This document shows, piece by piece, positions 26,590 to 38,389 of a stretch of 64,000 nucleotides of DNA. Every line of letters begins with the position of its first letter. Within the stretch, counting starts at the first letter, position 1. The position numbers were made by a program, and so were the translations under genes. Below the pieces are notes generated by a model. It worked only from the letters and a program-made list of their open reading frames with translations, made no database searches and was not told where the DNA came from. The DNA comes from Vicugna vicugna (taxonomy: Eukaryota): assembly GCA_013265495.1 (NCBI GenBank), contig MU058718.1, forward strand, positions 1,426,001 through 1,490,000, in the 5' to 3' direction.

Positions 26590-26985
26590 AAATTTTTTTT
26601 CTTGAAGTTTATTGATTTACAATGTTAGTTTCAGGTGTACAGCAAAGTGATTCAGTTATATATAGATATACATATATATTTTTTCTTTTCAGATTCATTT
26701 CCATTATAGATTATTACAAGAAATTGAATATGGTTCCCTGTGCTATACAGTAGGTCCTTGTTATTTATCTATTTTATATACAGTAATGTGTGTCTATTAA
26801 TCCCCATCCCCTAATTTATCCCTTGCCTCCCTTTCCCGTTTGGTAACTGAAGTTTGTTTTCTAGGTCTTTGAGGGGTTTTTTTGGTTTGTAAGTAGAATT
26901 TGTATCACTTTTTTAAGATTCCGCATATAAGTGATATCATATGATGTTTGTCTTTCTCTGTCTGACTTACTTCACTCAATATGAT
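26590..26985 (-). mobile_element. Short LINE-1 3' UTR insertion nested in the older L1
   Basis: TTGAAGTTTATTGATTTACAATG...TGCTATACAGTAGGTCCTTG...CTGACTTACTTCACTCA; flanked by ACCACATT on both sides. Confidence 0.88.
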
Positions 26986-28611
26986 ACCACATTTTTTTAA
27001 TCACCATTATTTCTTCAAATTGTTTTCTGTCCTCTACTCCCTTATCTTTATTTTCCTTCTAGAAATCCAGTTACATTGTTATATCATTTAATATTGTGCT
27101 ACAGGTCACAAGATAGGACACTAATTTTTTTCTCTTCATTTTGAATAGTTGCTATTCCTTTGTCTTCAGGTTCACTTATCTTTGTGTGTACTGTGATACT
27201 AATCCCACTGAGTATACTTTTTTATTTTAGATAATGTGAATTCTTTTCTCTCGAAGTTGCATTTAGGTCTTTAAAAATTATTCTTTATCGCTCTCCTTAT
27301 AATTTCCTGTTTTCCTTTATATCCTTGAAACAAATGAAAACATTTGTAAAAATTTTTTATAACTAATTTATGATCTGTCCTTATTAATTCTGTAATCTCT
27401 ATTACTTGGGATTTGTTTATATATTTTGGCTTTTCTTCTGGTTATAAATCATGTTTCCCTACTTCTTTCCATGTCTTTGGATGCTGAGCATTTTCAATTT
27501 CATGGTGTTGGGTGCTGAATTTTATTTTATTTCTTTATAGAGTGTTGGATTTGTTCCGTGTGCAGTTACATTACTTGTGAATCAGTTTGATCACTTTAAG
27601 TATTATTTTCATGCTTTTCTATGGCAGGTCCTAGGCTAGGCTTCATTCTGGAAGTAATTTTGCCCCACAGCTAATGCATGACACTTATGACAACTCTATC
27701 CACATCTGCATTTTTTAGGAGGTGACTTCTCTAGCTGGTAGAATTGCACACTATTTTCAGCCCTTGATGAACTTTGAGAATTGTTGGCCTAAGCTTTATA
27801 CTAATTCCCAAGCCTTAGGTAGTTTCACCCATGGATGTGCAGGTAGGCACTCAGCCATAGACTTAACAAGTCTCCTCTGCAGCTCTCCTCAGTTTGATGA
27901 TACACTAGGCTCTATGTCAGTTTGTTCTCCCTGCTCTTAAGCCTGGGAACTGCCATCTGCCCCAAGCAGTAAGCAGGCTTTTCATGAACTTACCTCATTG
28001 ATTCCTTTTATCTTAGGTATCACCATCCTGTGCCACCTGCTGCCCAGTGTCTGAGATCTGCTATTTTATGTACTGTGTCTGGTTTCTAATTGTTTACACT
28101 GTGAGGACAATTCCTAAGGCAGTTAATCCTGGAAGAGAAGAAGCTAATGCCCTAGCTTGTTTTTGTTGTTATTTTTGCATAATAATTTATTTCTTATAGG
28201 TCAGTGTAAGTTTTTCAGCTATCCTTGATTCCCATATTATGTTCTTCCCCTTTTTTATTAAAAATATTATCTTTTATGAAACAACTATGTCAGTACATAC
28301 AGATGCTTTTTAATTCATTTACATGATAAATTTTTAAAAACTAGAAATACTACATCCATTCCTCAGTGTTTTACATATTTATTTTGCTGGGCCATAAAAT
28401 TGAAAAATATTTTACTTCACTATCTTAGATCACAATTATACCTAACCTGGGACTGATGAAAGAGTAAACAAAGGAAATTGATACTATCTACATGTTTGGT
28501 CAGATGGGCATCACGGGGGCTTAGTCCTACCCCTCCAGCTATATAAAAGTGATGTTAGAGTAGTTACTATAAACAGACCTCTCCCAACTAATGATTTTGT
28601 AGACAGGCTGT

Positions 28612-29080
28612 TTGTGTCAGTTCAGTTTCTCCAGGAAGTAGACACCAAGGTAGAGTTAAGAGTGCAGGAGATTTGGGGGTGGTAAAAACCATGAATTATA
28701 AGGGGAGCCAGCAGGATTAGGCAAGGAAAGCCTTCAGACTATTCTGACCCGTCTGATTGAAGATGGAGAGGGGAGGGGTGCTGTATAGGATGAGGCCTGT
28801 GTTGTAATGGGGCTCTGAGAATCTCCGCCAGTCCAGCAGGGAGCTCCAATGCAGAGACTGCTCATGGAAGAGTCCTGCATTGGGCAGAAATAGTAAGGTC
28901 CTATTACTTCTGCCAGACTCTGTGACTGGCCAGGGTTTCCCAAGAGGAGCGTCGTCTCTGCTCAAACAGTGCAGCAGATCTGGAAGGCACTGCAGCTGGT
29001 AGCTGTCACCTAACTGCGCTCACAGAGACGGGTTTGTTCTTAAAGAAAGATTAAAGCAAAGCTTCTCCATGACTGTCACC
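28612..29080 (-). mobile_element. ERVL-class LTR (LTR16-like)
   Basis: TTCTCCAGGAAGTAGACACCAAG...GAGTGCAGGAGATTT...GCAGGATTAGGCAAGGAAAGCCTTCAGAC. Confidence 0.65.
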
Positions 29081-29151
29081 CTGTTCTAATGCACTAAGGC
29101 TGCAAGCATGGTGGTCCTGAGAAGGAACTGGCCCAGATCATAGAAATGCAT

Positions 29152-29485
29152 CTGTCTTAGTCCGTTTGGGCTGCTATAATAAAATACCACAGACTAGGTG
29201 GTTTATAAACAGGAGAAATTTATTGCTCACAGTTCTGGAGGCTGGAAATCCAAGATCAGGATGCCAGCCTGGTTGGGTGAGGACCCTATCCCAGGTCACA
29301 TACTTCTCATGGTATTCTCACATGGCAGAAGGGACTGGAAGCTCTGTAGGATCTCTTTCATAAAGGCGTTAATCCCATTCATGAGGGCTCTACCCTCATG
29401 ACCTAATCACCTCCCAGAGGCCCCACCTCCTGATACTATCACTGCTAGAGGTTAGGATTTCAACATATAAATTGGGGCGGCACAA
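29152..29485 (-). mobile_element. MaLR solo LTR (MLT1A/MST-like)
   Basis: TGTCTTAGTCCGTTTGGGCTGCTATAATAAAATACCACAGACT...CACAGTTCTGGAGGCTGG...CCCTCATGACCTAATCACCTCCCA...TTTCAACATATAAATTGGGG. Confidence 0.9.
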
Positions 29486-29980
29486 GAGAAAAATGATGTC
29501 ATCCTCCTATTTCTCAGGATGTATCCTAGTCTTCTGAATAAGCGCAGACCTGGCACTGGAACAATAATGGCTTCTTCTGGTTCTCCAGCTGATGTTTTGA
29601 ATTTGCATTTTTCTTATACCATTGTGTCCCAATTTCCTTACCCATAAAATGGAAATTACAACAATATGCCCTCCTAGGCCAAACATAAATTAAAATAACA
29701 TATTTAGGGGAGAGGGAGCATGTGGAAAGGGAAGGAAGATATAATCTGAGTCTTTTGTAAACCAAGATATTCCATAGAAAATCTGTCTTCATCAATTAGC
29801 ATGGTCTCCTCATCCCTACCACATTCTAATTTCTAAATGGATATTGAGATCACATGGGTTTTTTCTAAAGTTAAAAAAAAAAACAACAGAGCTACCTCTC
29901 TTTAAGTTACTAGAAACTTCCATGAAGTCTTTTTCCTTTTTTTAAAAAAATTTATTTGGAAGCGCAATAAGTTAATTCTT

Positions 29981-30363
29981 TTTTAAAACATTTTTATTGA
30001 TTTATAATCATTTTACAATGTTGTGTCAAATTCCAGTGTAGAGCACAATTTTTCAATTATACATGAACATATATATATATTCATTGTCACATTTTTTTCT
30101 CTGTGAGCTACCATAAGATCTCGTATATATTTCCCTGTGCTATACAGTATAATCTTGTTTATCTATTCTGCAGTTTTGAAATCCCAGTCTATCTCTTCCC
30201 ACCCCCTACCGCCTTGGCAACCACAAGTTTGTATTCTATGTCTTTGAGTCTATTTCTGTTTTGTATTTATGCTTTGTTTGTTTGTTTGTTTAGATTCCAC
30301 ACATGAGTGATCTCATATGGTATTTTTCTTTCTCTTTCTGGCTTACTTCACTTAGAATGTAAT
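29981..30363 (-). mobile_element. 5'-truncated LINE-1 3' UTR with a perfect 14-bp TSD
   Basis: TSD ATAAGTTAATTCTT at 29967-29980 and 30364-30377; L1 3' UTR text between. Confidence 0.92.
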
Positions 30364-31829
30364 ATAAGTTAATTCTTATATTACATTACGATAGAATTTC
30401 TTGAGTTGCTTGTGGCCACACTATTGCAGCATCACTGAAGGTCCTATTTATTCTTAGTCCTCATCACTGGAGGTCCTATTTATAATACAAAATTTTGTAT
30501 TATAAATCCCTAGCTTCTTTAGCATTTAATTTGTTTCCCTTTAGTAAAAAATAGTTTCATCATCTTTTCTGAAGGGTCATGATTCATTGCTTGTTCAGAC
30601 CCAATGTTCTAAATTTAAATGTCACAGCATACAGTTCTGCAGGAGGGAGAAAGACAAAATACACTAAAATGCTGACTCAAAATAGAGCACAACTCTGATT
30701 ACGTCTAAAAACAATCCAAATTATGATCTTGTTCAAAATGAACTTTTGCCACAAAGAGTGAAGTTATTGAGAAAGCAAAGTTACAAGCAGCATGCCACTG
30801 GCATCAACAGTGGTTTGAACTGGTACCAGGGTGACTTGGACTAAAACTTCAGCTCCAACCTAAAACCCAATCAAAACCATTTTAGATTCCTTTACAGGGT
30901 TGGAGAAATGCCTCATCATTTCCCTGCCTTACAATCTTCCAGTCTCACTAGGATTTGTGGTTTAAGAGAATGGTAAAAATGTCAATATGTCAGGAGGAAT
31001 GACTAAAACAATGGAAGCACATCTAGGAGGGGGAGTGCATCAAGAGGATGCAAACGTAAGGACAAACATTTCCAGGGAAACATCGCAATACCCTTTGCTG
31101 ATCTGTTGGGGTAGAACCTCTCAGAATGGAGGTGGATGCTCACACTTCACTTGCTTTCACCGCATCCCTGCTTGTTCTTGCTTATCCAAAGGCTTCTGTT
31201 TCTCAAGGAAATTAACTGAGGATAAGACTAGGAAGGTGGCTGCACCCTGACCTGCTCCTTCCATCAGTGTTGTCCCTGGGAACACAGGCAAGAGAGCATT
31301 TCATTGTATGGAACTCAAAAGCAATAGAAAGTTGGTGAAGGCTCTTGTGTATCTAGCGCAGTTTAAGAACTGAGGCAATCCAAAGAAGGCTTAGCCTTTG
31401 CCCTCAAACAGCTTATCTTCCAACAGAAAGATAAGACAAACCCATTTGAAGCAAGAGAGAACAAAATAAGTTTCCACATAATTTACTGCTAAATCATTGC
31501 TCCATTAATCACATTTCATGTCATTTAATTCTCACATCTTCCCTTACTGAACTGCTTCTCTTGAGGCTGAAATTCTCTTTATTCCTCTTACTGCTTAAGT
31601 GGTTGCTACTTGAGGAGAAAGGTCCATGTGTCCTACTGGCTTTTACCCCTATGCACTGGGCTTGACATACACAAAATTATGAAGTGGTTAAGACTAATAA
31701 AGAGATGAATAGAGATGAGGTAGCAAAAAAATTCAATTGAAAAATCTTGATCTTAGAACTCGAGGATTTAGCATTGAGGAGGCTCTCAGTATATATGTTG
31801 TGAGTGAATGAACAGTTTGAAGAAATAAA

Positions 31830-32350
31830 CAGTATTTTAGGAGAAGAAAACAACATCCACAGAGAGAATGAGGACAATGTATTAATGCGAGTGAGAGAGA
31901 TCAGCCAAACCAGAGCTGAAGTTAGGTAGCATGAAATAACAGGAAGGAAGGATCACCAGGTTACACCAATTATGGGTCTGGAAAACCCGGAAAAGAAGCT
32001 TAGGTTTGATGTCCTAGAAAATGGGGAGTCTTTGAAGGTTTGGGACCAATGAACTGTGGAACAAGAGCGTCTGAGGAAGATGAATAGCCTTGGCATGCAG
32101 GGTGAGTTAGGAAGCAGAGGAGGCCTCGCCTAGCTCAGCTCTGAGCCCACACCAGCCATCCAGGTGTGAAGTGATGGCTGGGGATGGGGGAGGTGAAGGA
32201 GAGGAAGGGGTAGGGATGAGAGGCCTTTCAAAGGAAGACTCAGCAGGATTTAATAAACACTTTTCAGTAGATCAAAATCACCAGGCTTACCGAGTCTGCA
32301 GCAGAAGAGATAAGAACAGACTCCAGACTAACACTGGAGAAGGAGCAAAA
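31830..32350 (-). mobile_element. LINE-2 fragment
   Basis: GCTTAGGTTTGATGTCCTAGAAAATGGGGAGTCTTTGAAGGTTT...CATCCAGGTGTGAAGTGATGG...AAGGAAGACTCAGCAGGATTT. Confidence 0.65.
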
Positions 32351-33092
32351 GATAGAAGGCCTAAGAAATAGAAACCAGGGCTGAGAGTCAGAAACCTGTG
32401 ACCTTGCTTGGTGTATGTCTTAATTCATTCCTGAAAATCAGGAGGCAGCCTCGCTGTTTCAGACACTTGTTAGCCTCTTGCATGCTGCCTTAAAGTTGAA
32501 AGTTTAAGATACAAAGGGAAAAGATACCCTAGTCCTTGTTATCAGCAGTCTTTCTTGAACTTTCTGAAACTGTCACTTCACAAGACAGGGTTCTTCTGAC
32601 CTTGCCAATCTCTGCCTCCCTGGTCATGTCTCGTGTGAGGCTAAGAACACTCTAAGACAAGCACCCAGGAACGCCTTCACCTGATGGAAGACTTGGGTCC
32701 ATGAACATTAGCAGGTGACAGCAGATCTCAGTTTTTTATTTCAGCATTTAAAACAGTCAATATGATGTATAGAAAGAATTATCTCACCCAACTGTAGAAA
32801 TATACCCCAGCACACATAGAAAAGAAAGTGCAACAGAGTTAAAGCAGAAAGTGGAACTACAAAAGCATCATCCAGTGTGCCTCTTCCTTACATTTCCTCT
32901 TTGTGGGAATTTCCCTTAGGTGGGGACATTGTGTTTGCTGTGGATTCTGCCATCTGAGGGTCCCACTGATGCTCCCAGTATTCCTATATCTGTTTAGGAG
33001 GAAAGAAGGACTTCCATGAGGAGATAAATTGTGGTATAGCCTTAAAGTAGAGATGATATACTAGAACAATAATCATGATGAAACATCATCCA

Positions 33093-33270
33093 TCACAAAA
33101 AAGAAATGATAATTATGTGATAGAGGTGTTAGCTAATGCTACAGTGCCAATCCTGTATTTTGATACATATAAATGTGTCGAGCCAGCCAACACAGCTGTC
33201 CATCTTAAACATACACAATGTTATATCTCAACTATATCTCAATAAAAATAAAATTTTTAAATATTAAAAA
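33093..33270 (+). mobile_element. Short LINE-1 3' UTR insertion (L1MA-type)
   Basis: AAAAAGAAATGATAATTATGTGATAGAGGTGTTAGCTAATGCTAC...CTTAAACATACACAATGTTATATCTCAACTATATCTCAATAAA; TSD GAAACATCATCCA at 33080-33092 and 33439-33451. Confidence 0.85.
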
Positions 33271-33280
33271 AAATTCATCT

Positions 33281-33438
33281 GGGGGAGGGCATAGCTCAGT
33301 CGTAGAGCACAGACTTAGCGTGCGTGAGGTCCTGGATTCAGTCCCCAGTACCTCCGTTAAAAAGTAAACAAATAAACCTGACTACCCGCCCCCCCAAAAA
33401 AACTGAAAGAAAAATTATAAAAAATAAACTATATGAAA
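33281..33438 (+). mobile_element. tRNA-Ala-derived camelid SINE (Vic-1-like)
   Basis: GGGGGAGGGCATAGCTCAGTCGTAGAGC...CTTAGCGTGCGTGAGGTCCTGGATTCAGTCCCCAGTACCTCC, A/B-box-like head and A-rich tail; alignable to the copy at 4936-5074. Confidence 0.9.
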
Positions 33439-33449
33439 GAAACATCATC

Positions 33450-33770
33450 CACATGGATAAAATTCAAAAATTAAATAGGCAAGTTGCAAAAGAATAGCTA
33501 TATATCAAGATTCTATTTACATAGTATAAAAATGTGAAAGGAACTCTGTGTTTAGTTCAGGGACACATTAATGTATGAGAAAATCTAAAAACTTGTACCC
33601 AGAAAAGAGAGGAAGGGTGAGGTATAGGAAAATACAGTGGGATGACCAGTGAGCTTCCACTATATTTGTAATGATTCGTTTCTTTAGTTGGGTAGTGTGT
33701 ACATTTGTGTTCATTACAGAATTCCTTACACTGTTCTATAGCTATGAAATATTTAATGATATATTTTCTT
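33450..33770 (+). mobile_element. Ancient LINE-1 (L1ME-like) 3' UTR
   Basis: CACATGGATAAAATTCAAAAA...GCAAGTTGCAAAAGAATA...GATTCTATTTACATAG...TTCTTTAGTTGGGTAGTG. Confidence 0.6.
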
Positions 33771-36089
33771 TAAGTCTCAGGTCTTTCCTGGGATGAAGTA
33801 TGGAAGCTCACACTTCACAACATAGAAGTTGACTTATTTTCCTCCCTCCCTTGGTGTAGAGAAGCCCCGCATCCAAGGTAGGGAGACAAAAACAGAAGAG
33901 AGAGGACCACTGCATGAAGGGTTCATTTATTAAAGGGACAAATCATCTTTCATTCAACCTCAGTAAGCTTTAGAAAGTCTGTATCTTTTTATTTTTTCTG
34001 CCTTAAAGTTCCCTTCCAAGGGGAGGAGGAGCATCGTTTCTTGGCCTTCCTCAGCAGGGGAGAGGGTGTCCTCCTATTACAATGCTTGAGAAGGCAGATT
34101 TGTGAGAGTCACCAAGACTGCTCGAATGCCTGCGCCTCACTGGCCCACAGAAAGGAGATTAGTAAAGCACCATTAACCCCACAATCAAAACACATCCGTT
34201 TAAGGTTTTCTTTCATCCTAAACCCAGTTTATAAACATGGCCTTATCACAGGGAGAATGTTTATCTTCATGTGTTATAAGTAGATTTCCAAAAAGCAACA
34301 GTAGCTAATGAAATTAAATATGATGTTGGAAAGTCTATTTTCTCCTTCCAGCAACAGTGACACTGAAGACAGTTAAGCCAGAGTGTGGTTTAGTTTAAGC
34401 ATCTTCTACTCCAATTTAATTTAGAAGTTTTATTAACCAGTTTAAGAAAGCCAGAGGTTTGAAGCATCTCCTACTTTTCCAATTACTTAGACCAAATTTC
34501 TAAAGCAAGTCAAGAGATAGACCTTTTTGTGGCTTTGTGGTGCCAAGAGTTAAGACACGTTCTAGTAATTTATCTGAGAAATGGTTAATGACAAAGGAAA
34601 CTTAATTACAGCTTTCCTCTCCTCCCACTGCCAACCACCCAAGAGGTCCTTGAGCGTCCCTGTTTGTTTTTATTTTTATGTAAACTTCCAGAGGCTAATT
34701 TGGCTGAAGACCTTAACTAACCTTGACTTTTCTAAAAGCTTCCTTTAAGGGTTAATAATACGTTTCTACCTCTATCACCAGTTTTCACTTGAGGATCACA
34801 TTCGTTCTGCATAATTGCTAATCAAATGATGAAACAAGTGGAGAAACAGCTCAGGCTGTCACTCCCAAAGGCCCAATGTGCAAATTTAAATGTGTCTCAG
34901 CTCTCAAACATTGAAGCCTATAAATCTGTATCACATGTACCATACAAAATTTCTGACAATGCAGTTCTTACTGCTAAAGAGACTTAAAAGCAAACTAACT
35001 TGCCACCTATTCTCCTTGGTGTGTGGATGGAGGGTGGGGCCAAGTCAACAATGGAATTCAGGATGTAGTATTTTTGTAATCAAAACATGGAGCACAGGGC
35101 TCTACAGAATTGACGCAGTCATAGCAAACAAGAACATTCGAAGTTAGGGCTTTCTTGTAATGTTTGAGATACGTGGTTTCCATGGATAGCAATGGGGAGA
35201 ATGGGGAAACCCAAATGTACACAGTAGGACTCATGTGGAGAAAAGTAACTTTTATTTTCTATGACTGACAACATTGCTCTTCACCTCCTCTTTCTTCCTA
35301 GGATGGAGAGCTTATCCTGTTCCATTCAGGTATATATAGTCTGATCTAATGATTTGCAGCCAAATCTGAGTATTATTATCTCAGCCACTAACTGTTACAT
35401 CTGGTTTATGTTCAATCACCAGGGCTTCTAACCCTTCCTTTGCCTGTCTTTCTCCTTGCAGATAATGTAACTTTCTGGCTTTCACATTGTCCTGGTATTG
35501 AGAAGGGATGTGTAGCCCTAAGTGGTCCCTGGTTTGGGTTTCTCACCTCACCTGGTTTCTAAGCATCACCTTCTCTCCTTGCCATGCCCACTGTGTTTGG
35601 CTTCTACCAGTTATTTGGAGTATCCAGCTGGAATCCATAGACTTCTCTTTTAACTCTGGCCTGTCATGGTGCTCTCGCCTCCTATCATGATCTAGACTCC
35701 TTCTGATCCACTAGTTTGCTTGTCCTTCTGTATCCCTGCCTTCCTTCTGGACCTGAGAACTATCAGTTGTGTTCTCTGTACCACTGTATAGTGTGTGGGG
35801 TTCTGGGAGGCTACCCAGACCTACCTTCAGGGCACCTCCCTAAGAACTTACTATTTTACTTTTCCAATCCATGGATTGGATTTCTATAGGTGACTTGTAG
35901 ACTTACAAAGAAAAGCTAGCATGTGTCCTGATATTTTCAGATTCCTTTGAAACCTATCTGGGAATTATCTTCCTGCCCCCTGTCTAGGGCATTGATCTAT
36001 GAAGGGAAGGAGAAAATAGGCAGTAGTTCAGGGATAATAGTTGAGTTTGGAGAAGGATTATCCAGAACAGAGGATAATGAAGAAGGTTT

Positions 36090-37560
36090 TATCCATTCAC
36101 TTATTTATTCATTCATTTATAACTCTTGACTATGCTAAATACTGTGCTGATTATATAAGTATAAGCAAGACACGGTTCATGCTTTTAAAGAATTCCCAGT
36201 CTAGTAGAGGCGAAGTATGTTAGTATTTCCAGGGTACACTAGGGACATGCAAAATGTAAATGGATATCTGTACAGAATGGCAGGATTTCATGGGGATTCA
36301 GAAAGGTATTCTTAGAAAAGCTAATGTTTCATTAAGTACTGCAGGATGATTAGGCTATCATCAACAGCAGAGCAGAGCTTTTTTGGCAGTGGGACTCACG
36401 AGGGGGAAAAGATGGGGACATGGAACAGCATCAGAAAGCTATAAATACAGAATGATTTAGTATAGTTGGAGCAAAGAAAGTGGGGAATAGGAAGAAACAG
36501 AAGATGGTCAGGAGAGAGATCATGAACTCAAGAACTGAAAAACTCTTGAGTCTTTGAATCAAGAGAGAGATATGACTATATTTATGTTGTAGAAAGATCA
36601 TTCTTGCCATAGTGGAGGGAGTGGGCTTAAGTAGGTTGAGATTGGAGGTACGGAGGCCAGACAGGAAATGATGAGATTGTGAATTAAGGGAGCAACAGTG
36701 AGGGGAAAAAATGAGAGAATGGCTGTGAGAAATACTTAGTAGGTAGAATTGAGAAGACTTGACTACAGACTAGTGTTGGTGATAGGAGAGAGGAAGAATT
36801 TGGCAGTGATTGAAAATTTGATGGGTGCATAATGGTGCAGTTTGCTGAGATGAAGAGTATAATACAGGGGAAAGCTTTTACCAGATAGGTTGTTTAGTTT
36901 ACTTTTGAATATACCAAGTTTAGGGAGTTTCTGAGATATCCAGATGGAACTATTTAATAGGTAATTGAATAAGTCAGGCACAAAGTGTCAAAGTCTGGGC
37001 TAATTATATAGATTTGGAAGTCAGAAGCATCCAGCTTGCATTAATGACTGTGCCTGTCTTTGCATGCTTGAATATGACCTTATTTTGCACCAATAATTTG
37101 GTTGGGCAGAGGATCCTAAGTGGAAATTATTTTCTTTTATGAGTTTCAAATATTGATTCGTGTTCTAGGATACAGGCTTGTTGATGAGGCCTCCAGTTCC
37201 CATTTTAGTGTTATTTCCTTTGATTTTTTTTCTCCCATCTCTGCAAGAACACTAAAAGTGGAAAAGAAAGGACACCGATTAAAACTCGGTAACACCAGCA
37301 TTTTAGGAGTTAAGAAGGAGACATGGAATCTCATAAGACAGTTTGAGGAAAAAAAGTCAAATTATCAGGGAAATGTTGAGTATCTGAAGGGAAACGTTGA
37401 GAGATTTTCAAGAAGGAAAATAATCAACAATGTCAAATTCCAGAAAGATCAAGTGAAATAAGCCAAGAATGAGCCAGCTTGATTTGGCAATATGAAGGGC
37501 ATAGGTAGCTGTTAGCAGAATAGCTCTAGTGGAATACTGGGCTGAGAACTGAATGAGAGA
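36090..37560 (-). mobile_element. LINE-2, interrupted at about 37053-37236 by an L1ME-like fragment
   Basis: Starts CATTCACTTATTTATTCATTCAT; GTAGAAAGATCATTCTTGCCATAGTGGAG; GAGATATCCAGATGGA; GATTTGGCAATATGAAGG. Confidence 0.8.
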
Positions 37561-38350
37561 GTCCATGTTCAAAATGGCAGACTAAGTTCACAGTCTTCCA
37601 TGGTCCCTTGAGATGATTGGAAGAATTACAAAAAAGTCTTAACTCCATAACAGTACTGAAAATAGGGAGGAGGGGTTGTCAGTGTACCAAAAATTCTGAC
37701 AGATTTCTGGGGAAAAAAAGTAAACATGTTTTTGCTTTGTGACTACTCAGAGCCAAGTAAGCTAAAAACCAAAACATACACAGAAGGGGGAAGGAAGCTG
37801 CTCTTTTTATGGGACATGGTAGGGTTCAGAGACTGGAGTCAGAAGGCCAAATACAACTCAAATCCAGAAAGAGATGTGAAAGATGCTGTTAATGTATATG
37901 AGCAAAAATGTAGAAATGTGTCAGGGAATGGCTCCAATAGATCCAGCCTCCCATTAGCTAAATTTGGATGCCCCTGAACCTATAGGACAGGATAGGACAG
38001 AGACTTAAGGCGTCTGTATCCAACAGAAGCATTAAAGTGTGAGATCCTCTCCTCCTCCAAGTTTCCCAGCATATTCAGACAGACATGTACAGCCTTTGAT
38101 AGCCCTTTAGGATGGGGGAACTTTGGCCTCATCCCTGATCAGCTAGTTCCTTACAGTAGCTGAGGCTAGGGTAGAGGAAGATGCAGAAACCTGGGGAAAT
38201 GAAGATAAAAAGTGGCTCTGCACCAGTAAGCAAGAATTTGTATTTACTTTGCATTTTAAATAAACCGTTGAAGTGTTTTAATCTACATAGAAGTGGCCCC
38301 GAAACACAATATTTAAAAAATAATCCCAAAGGAGCAAGTTTTTTTTTGGC
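37560..38350 (+). mobile_element. Ancient L1ME/HAL1-like 5' region
   Basis: GTTCAAAATGGCAGACT start motif and downstream layout resemble recalled HAL1/L1ME 5' ends. Confidence 0.4.
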
Positions 38351-38389
38351 TATTTACCTTATTTTCTTTGCTTGGTAAGAGAGAGCACC

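Larger units (their letters stand above)
23185..28130 (-). mobile_element. Large decayed LINE-1 (L1MC/L1MD-type) with deletions, hosting nested inserts
   Basis: T-rich reverse L1 ORF2, ORF1 and 5' text, e.g. AGAAATACAATTGATTTTTGTATCTTGACCTT, CCAATCTGACACTCTG, TTTGATGAGAAGTCTG. Confidence 0.8.

Noticed and set aside
30430..30483. CRISPR-like repeat-spacer-repeat (also 49542-49610)
   Set aside because: Only 2-3 units, spacers too short or absent, mammalian context, no cas genes.
32180..32215. G-quadruplex motif
   Set aside because: 16-nt central loop inside purine-rich L2 debris; weak.
33281..33356. tRNA-Ala(AGC)-like gene
   Set aside because: It continues into a SINE body and A-rich tail, its stems are disrupted, and a second diverged copy lies at 4936-5074. 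It is a tRNA-derived SINE.
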